Part shown: in pieces, positions 13,767 through 24,113 of the stretch
Layout: every line of letters starts with the position of its first letter
Position numbering within the stretch: position 1 is the stretch's first letter
Assembly (NCBI GenBank): GCA_963695095.1
Contig: CAVOFT010000001.1
Coordinates: forward strand, 928,001-992,000
Length of the DNA: 64,000 nt
Direction: 5' to 3'
Source of the DNA: an uncultured bacterium
GTDB lineage: Bacteria > Krumholzibacteriota > Krumholzibacteriia > JACNKJ01
The notes under the pieces: generated by a model
Told to the model about the DNA's origin: nothing
The model's input: the letters and a program-made list of their open reading frames with translations, nothing else
The model's database searches: none
Translations under genes and position numbers: made by a program

Positions 13767-13882
13767 GGCTGCGGGCGGCCCGCCCCCGGGGGCGGGCCCA
13801 GAGCGAGAACGCCACCGGATCGGGAATTGCAGGCCGTCACAGGGCCTGCGGCCCCCCGCAGGCTCGACCCCTCCTCACGGAC

Positions 13883-13912
13883 TTGTACGGTTGGCGTACA
13901 TCGTGCTAACTT
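13883..13912 (+). promoter_or_regulatory. TA promoter with an overlapping palindromic operator
   Basis: TTGTAC (-35), 18 bp, TAACTT (-10). Inverted repeat TGTACG-N5-CGTACA at 13884-13900. Confidence 0.6.
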
Positions 13913-13933
13913 CTCTACAGAGCGTGGAGAGGC

Positions 13934-14242
13934 ATGAAGGCCCTGTCGGTGGAGGAGGCCAGGGGTCTGCTCGAGCTGATCAAGCTGGCCGTCATCGCCC
14001 AGAGCTACCGCGAACACTATGAGGACCGGGAGTGGGAGCGGGACTTCGACCGCCAGGACCTCTTCTACCTCATCCACCACGGCAAGATCGACAGCGAGCC
14101 CGAGTACGACCGGGATCACGGCAATTTCAAGGTGAGAATCACCGGCGAGACGGCCGACGGCAGACACACGCGTGTCGCGCTGGGCATCAGGCCCGACCAG
14201 CGCGTCGCCTACGTGATCACGATCATCGGGAAGAAGGGATGA
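13934..14242 (+). CDS. Putative type II toxin (DUF4258/RelE-BrnT-like)
   Basis: 102 aa with a Y-x-x-H start motif, then KVRITG..DGRH.RVAL...VITI. Immediately upstream of an MqsA-like gene. Confidence 0.6.
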   Translation: MKALSVEEARGLLELIKLAVIAQSYREHYEDREWERDFDRQDLFYLIHHGKIDSEPEYDRDHGNFKVRITGETADGRHTRVALGIRPDQRVAYVITIIGKKG

Positions 14243-14249
14243 GCTCGCC

Positions 14250-14822
14250 ATGGCGGACCAGAACTGCCCCCGCTGCGGGGGCCAGAATGTGCGCAATCTG
14301 GTTCTAAGGGACTATCCCTACCGGGGCTGCGGCCTGGACAGCGTGACCTTGAAGAGCGGCGTGACCGAGATCCGATGCGCCGACTGCGGGGGCGCCTTTC
14401 ATGCGATCCCGCGCGAGCGGCAGCTCCTGCAGGTGATCGCGCTCTCCGTGCTCTGGAAGCCGGCGCCCCTCCTGGGGGCTGAATGGAAGTACGTGCGGAA
14501 GGCCTGCGGATTGACTCAGGAGCAGGCGCAACTCGGCCTTGGGCGAGCCCGCCGGGGGACCATCTCCGACTGGGAACGGAAGCGGCCGGCGATCGATCTG
14601 CCCACGGAGATCGGGGCGCGACTCTTTTACCTGCATTCCTTCGAGAAGCGCGTGGGGCGGCCGGAGCACTGCTTCCTCGACAAGATCCACCTGGACCAGC
14701 TCGCGGCGATGCGTGGGTCCTTTGCCGAGCTATACGTGACGCTCATCGGCAAGGAAGCCCAGATCGCGATCGAGTTCTCTGCGGACGAAGCCTGGGTCCC
14801 GGAAGCTCCCAAGGCAGCCTGA
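14250..14822 (+). CDS. MqsA/YgiT-type zinc-finger + XRE HTH antitoxin
   Basis: CPRCGG...CADCG zinc ribbon, then KYVRKACGLTQEQ....G..RGTISDWE HTH. Confidence 0.75.
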   Translation: MADQNCPRCGGQNVRNLVLRDYPYRGCGLDSVTLKSGVTEIRCADCGGAFHAIPRERQLLQVIALSVLWKPAPLLGAEWKYVRKACGLTQEQAQLGLGRARRGTISDWERKRPAIDLPTEIGARLFYLHSFEKRVGRPEHCFLDKIHLDQLAAMRGSFAELYVTLIGKEAQIAIEFSADEAWVPEAPKAA

Positions 14823-14964
14823 CGGGATCGGTCGGGCTTCGCTCCGCCCCCGGGGGCGGGTCGGGGGCCCGGCGGCGGCGAGAAGCGGCCAATGGGCCCC
14901 TGCGGCTCCCCCGCCCCTGCGCACGGGCCTTGCATGATAGGGTAAAGTTCCTGTGAATTGGGCC

Positions 14965-14994
14965 TTGCCCCCGCTCCCTCCGGCTCCCTATACT
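14965..14994 (+). promoter_or_regulatory. sigma70-type promoter for accD-folC
   Basis: TTGCCC, 18 bp, TATACT (14989-14994). Confidence 0.45.
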
Positions 14995-15045
14995 GCCACC
15001 GCTTCTCAAGGATGAGCTATACCGAAGCAATATGAGGTATTGCCC

Positions 15046-16023
15046 ATGTCCTGGCTGCAGCGCGACAAGAAGGGTCTGAAGACCCAACCCCGCCTCGCGC
15101 GCAAGGAAATCCCCGACGGGCTCTGGATGAAGTGCCCCAGTTGCGGGGAGATCCTCTTCCGCCAAGAGCTCGAAAAGAGCAGCTGGGTCTGTGGCCGTTG
15201 CCAGAACCACTTCCGGGTGGCGGCGGACATCTACCTGGGCTTCATGCTCGACGAGGACAGCTTCAGCGAGACTCACACGGGGATCACGAGCCTGGATCCG
15301 CTCGAGTTCAAGGTGGGCGACGAGGCCTACGCGGACAAGCTGAAGGAAGCCCAGGCCAAGAGCGGCATGGACGATGCCGTGATCACGGGCACGGGCGAGG
15401 TCGGCGGCTACGCCGTGACGGTGGCGGTCATGGACTTCAGGTTCATGGGCGGCTCGATGGGCTCGGTGGTGGGCGAGAAGATCGCCCGCGCCATCAAGGA
15501 CAGCCTGGCGAGCGGCCGGCCCCTGATCATCGTGTCGCAGTCCGGCGGCGCGCGCATGCAGGAGTCGATTCTCTCCCTCATGCAGATGGCCAAGACCGCC
15601 GCCCTGCTCGGCCGGCTGCGCCAGAAGGGCGTGCCCTACATCTCGATCCTCACGCACCCGACCACGGGCGGCGTGACGGCCTCCTTCGCGATGCTGGGGG
15701 ATCTGATCCTCGCCGAGCCCAAGGCCCTGATCGGCTTCGCCGGGCCGCGGGTGATCCAGCAGACGATCAACGCCGAGCTGCCCGAGGGCTTCCAGACGGC
15801 CGAGTTCCTCGAGGAGCACGGCCAGGTGGACCGCGTGGTCGGCCGGCCCGAGCTACGGCGGGTGCTCGCCCAGAGCCTGCGCTTCTTCTCGCAGGAGCGG
15901 CGGGTCGTGCCGCGGGCCGAGACGCAGGGGCCGCCGCGGGCGGCCCTGCCCGGCGCGGAGCTGCCCCGCATGCTCAAGCGGGCCAGCGGCTATCCCTTCG
16001 TGGCCGACGACGACAGCGCCTAG
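15046..16023 (+). CDS. accD: Acetyl-CoA carboxylase carboxyltransferase beta subunit
   Basis: GLWMKCPSC..VCGRC zinc finger, FMGGSMGSVVGEK, SGGARMQE, PTTGGVTASF, IGFAGPRVI. Confidence 0.95.
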   Translation: MSWLQRDKKGLKTQPRLARKEIPDGLWMKCPSCGEILFRQELEKSSWVCGRCQNHFRVAADIYLGFMLDEDSFSETHTGITSLDPLEFKVGDEAYADKLKEAQAKSGMDDAVITGTGEVGGYAVTVAVMDFRFMGGSMGSVVGEKIARAIKDSLASGRPLIIVSQSGGARMQESILSLMQMAKTAALLGRLRQKGVPYISILTHPTTGGVTASFAMLGDLILAEPKALIGFAGPRVIQQTINAELPEGFQTAEFLEEHGQVDRVVGRPELRRVLAQSLRFFSQERRVVPRAETQGPPRAALPGAELPRMLKRASGYPFVADDDSA

Positions 16024-16029
16024 CGCGCC

Positions 16030-17442
16030 ATGGGCGACCCCCCAGTCGAGACCGGCCAGCCCGGCCGCCGCTTCGACTTTCCCGAATCCCCGCTGACCCC
16101 GCCCAGCACCGAGACGGAGCGCTGGCTCTACTCGCTCACGCGCTTCGGCATGAAGCCGGGGCTCGCCAATATCCAGGCCCTGGCGGCGCGTTTCGGGGAC
16201 CCGCAGCGCTCGCTGCGCTTTCTGCACGTGGCCGGCACCAACGGCAAGGGCTCGGTCTGCCTCATGCTCGAGCGGCAGCTCCGCGCGGCGGGCTACTCGA
16301 CCGGGCTCTTCACCAGTCCCCACCTGCTGCACGTCGGCGAGCGCCTGCGCGTGGACGGCGTGGCCCTGGACGACGCGGGCGTGGGCGCGCTGGTGGAGCG
16401 CGTGGCGCCGGCGGTGAGCGAGCGCGAGGCCACCTTCTTCGAGGCGATCACGCTGATGGGCCTGCTCCACTTCGCCGAGCGCGGCGTCGACTGGGTGCTC
16501 TGGGAGACGGGCCTCGGCGGGCGGCTGGACTCCACGCGCATCGCCGCGGCCGAGGCGGCGCTGGTGACGCGGCGTGTCGCTGGACCACAGCCCCTACCTG
16601 GGCAGCGACCTGGCGGGGATCGCCCGCGAGAAGCTGGCCATCGGCCGGCCGGGGCGGCCGCTGTACTCGGCGATCGCGCAGCCGGAGCTGCGCGCGGTGG
16701 CGCGGGAGATGGCGGCGACCGACGGGCTTCGAGCTGGTGGAGCGGGATGTGGCATTGGCCTGGCGACTCGAGGGCCCGAGCTGGTGGTTGAGGGCGCGGC
16801 GACTGCCCCTGCGGCGGGTCTAGCCGCGGGCGGCGCCTCAGGCTGCCACCGCGGGCTCGAACGCGGCGACATCGGCCGCGACCGCCCTGGCCGGGCGCTA
16901 CCCGCTGCCGGGCTTGGCCGATGTGCAGGCAGGCAATGCGGCGCTGGCCCTGCTTGCGCTGGCTGATCTGGGCGCGCGGCGGGGCGAGCGGCTGTTGCCC
17001 GCCGATCCCGGCGCTGCGCTGGCGGCCACCGCGCTGCCGGCGCGCTTTCACCGGTTGCCGGGCGCGCCCCTGCGCGTGATCGACGGCGCGCACAACCCCG
17101 AGGCCCTGCGCCTCACGCTCGGGGCCTGGCTGCGCCTGCTGGCGGACGGAGGGCCTGCCGGCCGGGCAGGCCTGCGTCGTCTTCGGCTGCATGGCGGACA
17201 AGGAGATCGAGCCGATGCTGGCCTCGCTGGCGGCGTGCCCCTGCCGGGTGATCCTGACGGCGGCGCGGCAGCCGCGCGCGATGTCCCCGGCGGCGCTGGC
17301 CGAGCGGGCAGGCGAGGCAGCGGCCCGCTGGGAGGGCGCGCCGGATCTGGCGGCGGCGCTGGCCGCTGCCGGCGAAGCGCCAACCCTCGTCACGGGATCG
17401 TTCTATCTGGCGGGGGAGCCTACCTCGATCTTGGTCCTGTAG
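16030..17442 (+). CDS. folC: Folylpolyglutamate synthase/dihydrofolate synthase (several frameshifts, 16570-17190)
   Basis: HVAGTNGKGS, GLFTSPHL, TFFE, ETGLGGRLDST, SLDH, IAREK, IDGAHNP, MADK and VTGSFYL in successive frames. Follows accD. Confidence 0.85.
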
Positions 17443-17632
17443 TCGGTGGAGTGCTGAACGATGAAGCCGTCCGGGATCACTGCATGAGTTCGCAATGCTC
17501 GACCGTGCTCATGCGGACCGAGAAATCAATGCGAGCTCGATTCCGGGCAAGGCGATCCTGGCGGTCATGCGGCCCCCTGCAAGCTGGCGGCTCGATGTCC
17601 AGGTTAGTCGCGTGACGGGGATGCTGCTGCAA

Positions 17633-18370
17633 TCAAGGGTTCAGCTTCCCTTCCTCGCCGACCTCCCATCGGAACGGGTTGAAGTTCGTGCCGCGGTCGT
17701 AGACGTCCACGCCTTCGCGACGCTTCAGCGCGCCGACCACCCAGTAGGTGACAGGCGTGAGCAGCACCTCCACGCCGCACTTGAAGAGGTAGTTGGTCAC
17801 GACCAGCGGCACCCACAGCGCGGGGATGAACCCGGGTACGCCTAGCAACGTGGCAATGGAAACGAACAAGACCGTGTCCAGCCCCTCGCCCACCAGCGTG
17901 CTGCCGATGGTGCGCGTCCAGAGCCAGCGCCCGCGCGTGGCGATCTTCATCTTGGCGAGCACGAAGGAGTTGGCGAACTCGCCGCCGAAGTAGGCGACGA
18001 GGCTGGCCAGCACGATGGCGCCCGAGCTGACGCCGCCCAGGATGGCCCGGAAACGCTCGTCGCCCACGGCCGTGCGCCAGCTCGCCTCGCCGGGCAGCCA
18101 GCCGACCAGCCAGAGCATTCCGCTCATCAGCGCCGCGGCCAGGAAGCCCAGCCAGATCACGCGGCGGCTCCTCCGATAGCCGTAGACCTCCGTGAGCAGG
18201 TCCCCGAACAGGTAGCTCAGCGGAAAGAGCAGCGTGCCCGCGTCGAAGATGAGCGGCAGGCCGAAGAGCGAAGTGCCCCAGTCGATGATCTTCGCCGACG
18301 AGGCGATGTTGCTGACCAGCAGCACCGTCACGAAGAGCGCCACGAGCAGGTCGAAGTAGCGGTAGCGCAC
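17633..18370 (-). CDS. Queuosine precursor transporter (YhhQ/VUT family)
   Basis: LLVSNI, DLLTEVYG, ASLVAY..GEF.N, LWTRTIGST.VG...DT, K...EV..TP, EGVDVYD..TNFNPF. GTG start with AGGAGG RBS. Confidence 0.85.
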   Translation of the reverse strand: MRYRYFDLLVALFVTVLLVSNIASSAKIIDWGTSLFGLPLIFDAGTLLFPLSYLFGDLLTEVYGYRRSRRVIWLGFLAAALMSGMLWLVGWLPGEASWRTAVGDERFRAILGGVSSGAIVLASLVAYFGGEFANSFVLAKMKIATRGRWLWTRTIGSTLVGEGLDTVLFVSIATLLGVPGFIPALWVPLVVTNYLFKCGVEVLLTPVTYWVVGALKRREGVDVYDRGTNFNPFRWEVGEEGKLNP

Positions 18371-18378
18371 GGCGCCTC

Positions 18379-19078
<700 letters not shown>

Positions 19079-19086
<8 letters not shown>

Positions 19087-19873
19087 TGCTCGCCTCCGGG
19101 CCCAGGTAGGCCTCGATCACCTTCGGGTCGCGCCGGATCTCGGCCGGGCTGCCCTCGGCGATCTTCACCCCGTAGTCGAGCACGGCCACGCGCTCGCAGA
19201 TGCCCATCACCACGCGCATGTCGTGCTCCACGAGCAGCACGGCCAGGGCGAACTCCGCGCGGATCTTCCGGATCAGCGCCATCAGCGCGTCCGTCTCCTG
19301 CGGGTTCATGCCGGCGGCCGGCTCGTCGAGCAGCAGGAGCCGCGGCCCCGTGGCCAGGGCCCGCGCCATTTCCAGCCGCCGCTGCAGGCCGTAGGGCAGC
19401 ATGGCCGCCCGCCAGTCGGCGTAGCGGGCAAGATCCATGAGCGCCAGCACCTCGCGGGCCCGCGCCTCGATGGCCGCCTCCTCGTGCGCATGGCCCGCCG
19501 TGCGCAGCACCGCCGCCAGCACGCCATTCTTGGCGCCCTGGTGGCAGGCGATGCGCGCATTGTCCAGCACGCTGAGCGCCCCGAAGAGGCGGATGTTCTG
19601 GAAGGTGCGCGCCACGCCCAGCCGTGCGATCAGGTGGGAAGGCCGCCCGCCGATGGACTCTCCCGCCAGCAGCACACGGCCCGCGGTGGGGGCATAGATG
19701 CCCGTGATCGCGTTGAAGACCGTCGTCTTGCCGGCGCCGTTGGGGCCGATCAGGCCGACCAGCTCGCCCGCGCCCACCGTGAGGTCGAGATCCGCCACGG
19801 CCTTGAGCCCGCCGAAGGCGATGGTCAGCCCCTCGATCCGGAGGATCGGCGCGGCGCCGGCGCCCGCGCTCAC
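19079..19873 (-). CDS. livG: Branched-chain amino acid ABC transporter ATPase
   Basis: GPNGAGKTT, RTFQNIRLF, LPYG.QRRLE, LDEPAAGMN, VEHDM. Confidence 0.9.
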
Positions 19874-20892
19874 GACCCGCCCCCGGGGGCGGACGCGCGC
19901 TTGCCCGGCCAGATCCGGCGCAGCATGGCGCGCGGGTTCGGCTCACCGGCGCCGAAGATGCCCTGCGGGCGCAGCAGCATCAGCAGGATGAGCATCAGCG
20001 AGTAGATCACCATGCGGTAGGCCTTGATCGGGCGCAGGAACTCCGGCAGCAGGGTCAGCAAGATGGCCGCCGACACCGAGCCCGTGATCGAGCCCATGCC
20101 GCCGAGCACCACCATGATCACCACCTCGAAGCTCTTGAGAAAGCCGAAGCTGTTCGTGTTGAGATAGCGCAGGTAGTGCCCGAAGAGCGACCCCGCCATG
20201 CCGGCGAAGGCCGCGCCCACGGTGAAAGCCAGCACCTTGTAGCGCGTGGTCGGCACGCCGAGGCTCTCGGCGGCCACCTCGTCCTCGCGTACGGCCAGCA
20301 GCGCTCGCCCGTGGCGCGAGCGCACCAGGTTCCAGTTCACGATGAGCGTCACGCCCACGAGCAGGTAGACCCAGAAGAAGCTCGTGTAGCCGGGGATGTT
20401 GTTCAGCCCCCGCGCGCCGCCCACGGCCTCGATGTTGAGGATGACCACGCGGATGATCTCGCCCAGCCCCAGCGTGGCAATGGCGAGGTAATCGCCGCGC
20501 AGGCGCAGCGTGGGAATGCCGATGAGCAGCCCCGCGAGCGCCGCTGACGCGCCGCCGATGGCGAGCCCGGCGAGCAGCATCAGCGCCGCGCCGGCGCCGG
20601 GCTCGGCGGGCGTCGCTCCCAGCGCGCCCAAGATCCTGGGTCCCGCCTGTATGGCGAAGTAGCCGCTCGTGTAGCCGCCGATGGCCATGAAGCCCGCGTG
20701 CCCCAGCGAGAACTGCCCCGTGAAGCCGTTGATCAGGTTCAGGCTCACGGCGAGCATGATGTTGATGCCGCAGAGGATCATCAGCCGCTCGGCGTAGGGG
20801 TTGATCACGCGGGGGAAGATCTTCCCGAGCAGGAAGAGCAGGGCGAGCAGCCCGATGGACAGCGCCAGACGCCTGGCGAAGGCCCCGCGCAT
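19870..20892 (-). CDS. livM: Branched-chain amino acid ABC transporter permease
   Basis: GQFSLGHAGF, LRLRGDYLAIATLG, VREDE, VVLGGMGS. Confidence 0.9.
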   Translation of the reverse strand: MRGAFARRLALSIGLLALLFLLGKIFPRVINPYAERLMILCGINIMLAVSLNLINGFTGQFSLGHAGFMAIGGYTSGYFAIQAGPRILGALGATPAEPGAGAALMLLAGLAIGGASAALAGLLIGIPTLRLRGDYLAIATLGLGEIIRVVILNIEAVGGARGLNNIPGYTSFFWVYLLVGVTLIVNWNLVRSRHGRALLAVREDEVAAESLGVPTTRYKVLAFTVGAAFAGMAGSLFGHYLRYLNTNSFGFLKSFEVVIMVVLGGMGSITGSVSAAILLTLLPEFLRPIKAYRMVIYSLMLILLMLLRPQGIFGAGEPNPRAMLRRIWPGKRASAPGGGS

Positions 20893-21797
20893 CAGACCTT
20901 CTCCGCCACCGCGCGGCCGAGCAGGCCCGCCGGCCGCACGAGCAGGATAATGATGAGCAGCGCGAAGGCGATGGCATCGCGGTAGGTGGAGGAGACGTAG
21001 CCCGAGACCAGCGTCTCGGCCAGGCCCAGCACCAGCCCGCCGATCATGGCGCCGGGGATATTGCCGATGCCGCCCAGCACCGCGGCCACGAAGGCCTTCA
21101 GGCCCGGGATCAGGCCCATCAAGGGGTCGATGCGCGGCGTGGACAGGGCCACCAGCACGCCCGCCGCCGCGGCCAGCGCCGAGCCCAGCGCGAAGGTGAA
21201 GGTGATGATGCGATCCGTGGGAATGCCCATCAGGCTCGCCGCATCGCGGTTGAAGGAGAGCGCGCGCATCGCCCGCCCCACGCGGCTCTTGTAGACCACG
21301 AGGCTGAGCGCCACCATGAGCACGAGTGCCCCGCCCAGCACGAGGAGCTGGTGGCTGGTGGTCAGCGCACCGCCCGGCAGTTGCACCGAGCGGCTGGCGA
21401 GGATCTGCGGGAAGAACTTGGGGTCGGCGCCGAACACGAGAATGCCCGCGTTCTCGAGGAAGAGGGAGACGCCGATGGCCGTGATCAGCACCGTGAGCCG
21501 CGGCTGGCGCCGGAGCGGCTTGTAGGCCAGCCGCTCGATGACGATGCCGAGCAGGGCCGCCCCTGCCATCGCGCCGAGGATCACCAGCAGCGCGGCCAGG
21601 GGCGTGGCGCCGCCGCCGGACATGCCGAGGGCCGCCACCAGGTAGTAGGCGATGTAGGCGCCCACCATGTACACGTCGCCGTGGGCGAAGTTGATGAAGC
21701 GCAGGATGCCGTAGACCATCGTGTAGCCCAGGGCGATCAGCGCGTAGATGCTGCCCCAGGTGATGCCGTTGACGAGCTGCTGGAGAAGCTCCTGCAC
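20892..21797 (-). CDS. livH: Branched-chain amino acid ABC transporter permease
   Basis: YALIALGYTMVYG..INFAHG, GRAMRA, KAFVAAVLGGIG. Confidence 0.9.
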   Translation of the reverse strand: MQELLQQLVNGITWGSIYALIALGYTMVYGILRFINFAHGDVYMVGAYIAYYLVAALGMSGGGATPLAALLVILGAMAGAALLGIVIERLAYKPLRRQPRLTVLITAIGVSLFLENAGILVFGADPKFFPQILASRSVQLPGGALTTSHQLLVLGGALVLMVALSLVVYKSRVGRAMRALSFNRDAASLMGIPTDRIITFTFALGSALAAAAGVLVALSTPRIDPLMGLIPGLKAFVAAVLGGIGNIPGAMIGGLVLGLAETLVSGYVSSTYRDAIAFALLIIILLVRPAGLLGRAVAEKV

Positions 21798-21800
21798 GCC

Positions 21801-23003
21801 CTAGCTCCCCATGCGCTCGCGGAAGCGCAGCTGCCCGTCCCTCACTTCGAGCACCACGGCCGGCTTCTGGGCGTTGCGTGCGGCATCCAGGCTGATCGTG
21901 CCGGTGACGCCGGGAAAGTCCTGGGTGCCGGCGATCAGGTCGCGCAGGCGCGCGCGTGCCGCCGCGCTGGCCTCCGCGTCGCCTCCGGTGAGCGCGGCGA
22001 AGCCCGCGGCGTCCACCTCGTGGAGCCGGCGCAGGCAGTGCACGAGCAGGCGCATGGCGTCATAGCCGAGGGCGGCCATCGCGTCGGGCGCCTCGCCGTA
22101 GCGCGTGCGGTAGCTGCCGACGAAGTTCTGCACCAGGGGGCTCGGATCCTCCACCGAGTAGTGGTTGCTCAGGAAGCAGCCCTCCAGGGCGCCGCTCGCA
22201 ATCTCGAGGAGCTTGGGCGAGTCCCAGCCGTCGCCGCCCAGGAGCGGGCCCGTGTAGCCCAGTTCGCGGGCCTGCCGCGCGATCAGCCCCACCTCGGTGT
22301 AGTAGCCCGGCACGAAGAGCGCCTCGGGCTTGCCGGCGATCAATGCCGTGAGCGGCGCCTTGAAGTCCACGTCCCCCTGCTGATAGCTCTCGTCGCCCGT
22401 GATCACGCCGCCCTGGCGCACGAACTCCGCGCGGAAGAAACCGGCCAGGCCCACCGAGTAGTCGCTCTTGACGTCGCGCAGCACGGCCACGCGCGTGAGG
22501 CCCAGCGACTGGCCGGCGAAGCGCGCCATCACGGTGCCCTGGAAGGGGTCGATGAAGCAGATGCGGAAGATGTAGTCGCCCACCTCGGTCACCGCCGGGT
22601 TCGTGGAGGCCGGCGTGATCATCGGCACCTTGGCCTCCTGGCAGATCGGCGCCGCCGCCAGGGAGTTCGAGCTGGCCACCTCGCCGAGCACGGCCGCCAC
22701 GCGATCCTGCACGATGAGCTTGTTCACCGCCGTGGCCGCCTCCTCGGGCCGGCCCTGGTTGTCCTCGGTGATCACGGTGATCGGCAAGCCGGCGACGCCG
22801 CCGGCCGCGTTGGCCTCGTCGAGGGCCATCTCCACGCCGTGGTGCTGGGAGGTGCCGAAGGTCGCCTTGTCCCCTGTGAGGGAGCCGTATTCCCCGATCT
22901 TGAGCCGGCCGCTCTCCTTGCCGCAGCCGCCGGCGAGCGCGAGGGCGATGAGCAGCGCGAGGAGCGCGGAAAGCTGCCGGCGGGGCCGCGACAAGCTGGG
23001 CAC
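21801..23003 (-). CDS. LivJ/LivK-family ABC substrate-binding lipoprotein
   Basis: Lipobox LAGGC, SLTG, GEVASS, FRICFIDPFQG, DYSVGL, GGDGWD. Confidence 0.85.
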   Translation of the reverse strand: MPSLSRPRRQLSALLALLIALALAGGCGKESGRLKIGEYGSLTGDKATFGTSQHHGVEMALDEANAAGGVAGLPITVITEDNQGRPEEAATAVNKLIVQDRVAAVLGEVASSNSLAAAPICQEAKVPMITPASTNPAVTEVGDYIFRICFIDPFQGTVMARFAGQSLGLTRVAVLRDVKSDYSVGLAGFFRAEFVRQGGVITGDESYQQGDVDFKAPLTALIAGKPEALFVPGYYTEVGLIARQARELGYTGPLLGGDGWDSPKLLEIASGALEGCFLSNHYSVEDPSPLVQNFVGSYRTRYGEAPDAMAALGYDAMRLLVHCLRRLHEVDAAGFAALTGGDAEASAAARARLRDLIAGTQDFPGVTGTISLDAARNAQKPAVVLEVRDGQLRFRERMGS

Positions 23004-23110
23004 GCGGGGCCTCCTTGGCGAGGGGATTGCTAGGCTAACTCGTTGAAATCAGAGCGGAAGCTAGCACCGCTCGGCAGGGGCGGTCAATGCCCAAGGGCGG
23101 CGGTTCTCCC

Positions 23111-23138
23111 TCAAGAGCCCCGCGGCGGCTGCCGATAG
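23111..23138 (+). promoter_or_regulatory. Candidate sigma28 (FliA) promoter for motAB
   Basis: TCAA(G)-N16-GCCGATAG, close to the TAAA-N15/16-GCCGATAA consensus, about 90 bp upstream of motA. Confidence 0.55.
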
Positions 23139-23225
23139 CCATCAGGACGAGACGGGGCGCGCGGCCTGGCCGCAGCGCCAGCGGTTTCGCATCGACAACC
23201 TCTTGCGAAGGACCAGCTGCCGAGC

Positions 23226-24089
23226 ATGTTGGCGATCATCGGAGTCCTCGTCGTCATCTTCTCCGTGGTGGGAGGCTACGCGCTCACGCACGGGCCCTTC
23301 CGCGTCCTCTATCAGCCGGCGGAGCTGATCATCATCATCGGCGCCGCCCTGGGCATCGTCCTGCTCGGCTCGCCGCCCAAGGTGCTCAAGCATCTGTTGC
23401 GGGCCCTGCCCGTGGTCTTCAAGGGCTCGCCCTACACCAAGAACACCTACCTCGAGCTGCTCAAGATGCAGTTCGAGGTGTTCTCGAAGATCCGCAAGGG
23501 CGGTCTGCTGGCCATGGAAGAGGACGTCGGCGACCCCTACAACAGCGCCATCTTCAAGAGCTACCCCCATTTTATCGCCAATCCGGCGGCGGTGCACTTC
23601 TTCTGCGACTCGATGAAGCTACTCATCGACGGCACCGACGTGGGCGAGGTCGAGCACATCATGCAGTCCGACCTGGCCACGCAGCAGGAGGAAGGAAGCC
23701 TGCCGGCCAGCGTGCTGATGGCCGTGGGCGACGCCATGCCGGGCCTGGGCATCGTCGCGGCCGTGCTCGGCATCATCGTGACGATGCAGAAGCTGGACGG
23801 CCCGCCCGAGGAACTCGGCGCGCACGTGGCCGCGGCGCTGGTGGGCACCTTCCTCGGCATCCTCGTGTCCTACGGCTTCTTCCAGCCCCTGGGCACCGCG
23901 GTCGGGTCCCTCGCCCGCGACGAGCACAAGTATCTCCAGTGCATGATGATCGGCTTGAGCAGCTCCACGGGCGGCACCTCGCCGGGCACCTCGGTCGAGC
24001 AGGCGCGCCGCGTGATCTACGCCGCCGACCGGCCCACTCCCGAGGAGCTGGAGACGGCCATCAACGAGCTGAAGACGGCCAAGGCCTAG
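23226..24089 (+). CDS. motA: Flagellar motor stator protein MotA
   Basis: VVGGY, QPAELIII.G, RKGGLLAME, GDAMPGLGIVAAVLGII, ALVGTFLGI. Confidence 0.92.
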   Translation: MLAIIGVLVVIFSVVGGYALTHGPFRVLYQPAELIIIIGAALGIVLLGSPPKVLKHLLRALPVVFKGSPYTKNTYLELLKMQFEVFSKIRKGGLLAMEEDVGDPYNSAIFKSYPHFIANPAAVHFFCDSMKLLIDGTDVGEVEHIMQSDLATQQEEGSLPASVLMAVGDAMPGLGIVAAVLGIIVTMQKLDGPPEELGAHVAAALVGTFLGILVSYGFFQPLGTAVGSLARDEHKYLQCMMIGLSSSTGGTSPGTSVEQARRVIYAADRPTPEELETAINELKTAKA

Positions 24090-24113
24090 CGCGCCCGGGG
24101 CGATTGGGGAGTC

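Noticed and set aside
17420..17632. Lower-GC segment between folC and the queuosine-precursor transporter, possibly a gene remnant
   Set aside because: No convincing ORF, motif or repeat to support a call.
23015..23031. TTGGCGAGGGGATTGCT as a sigma54 promoter for motA
   Set aside because: Spacing is right but the match is weak, and it overlaps the liv binding-protein RBS on the opposite strand.
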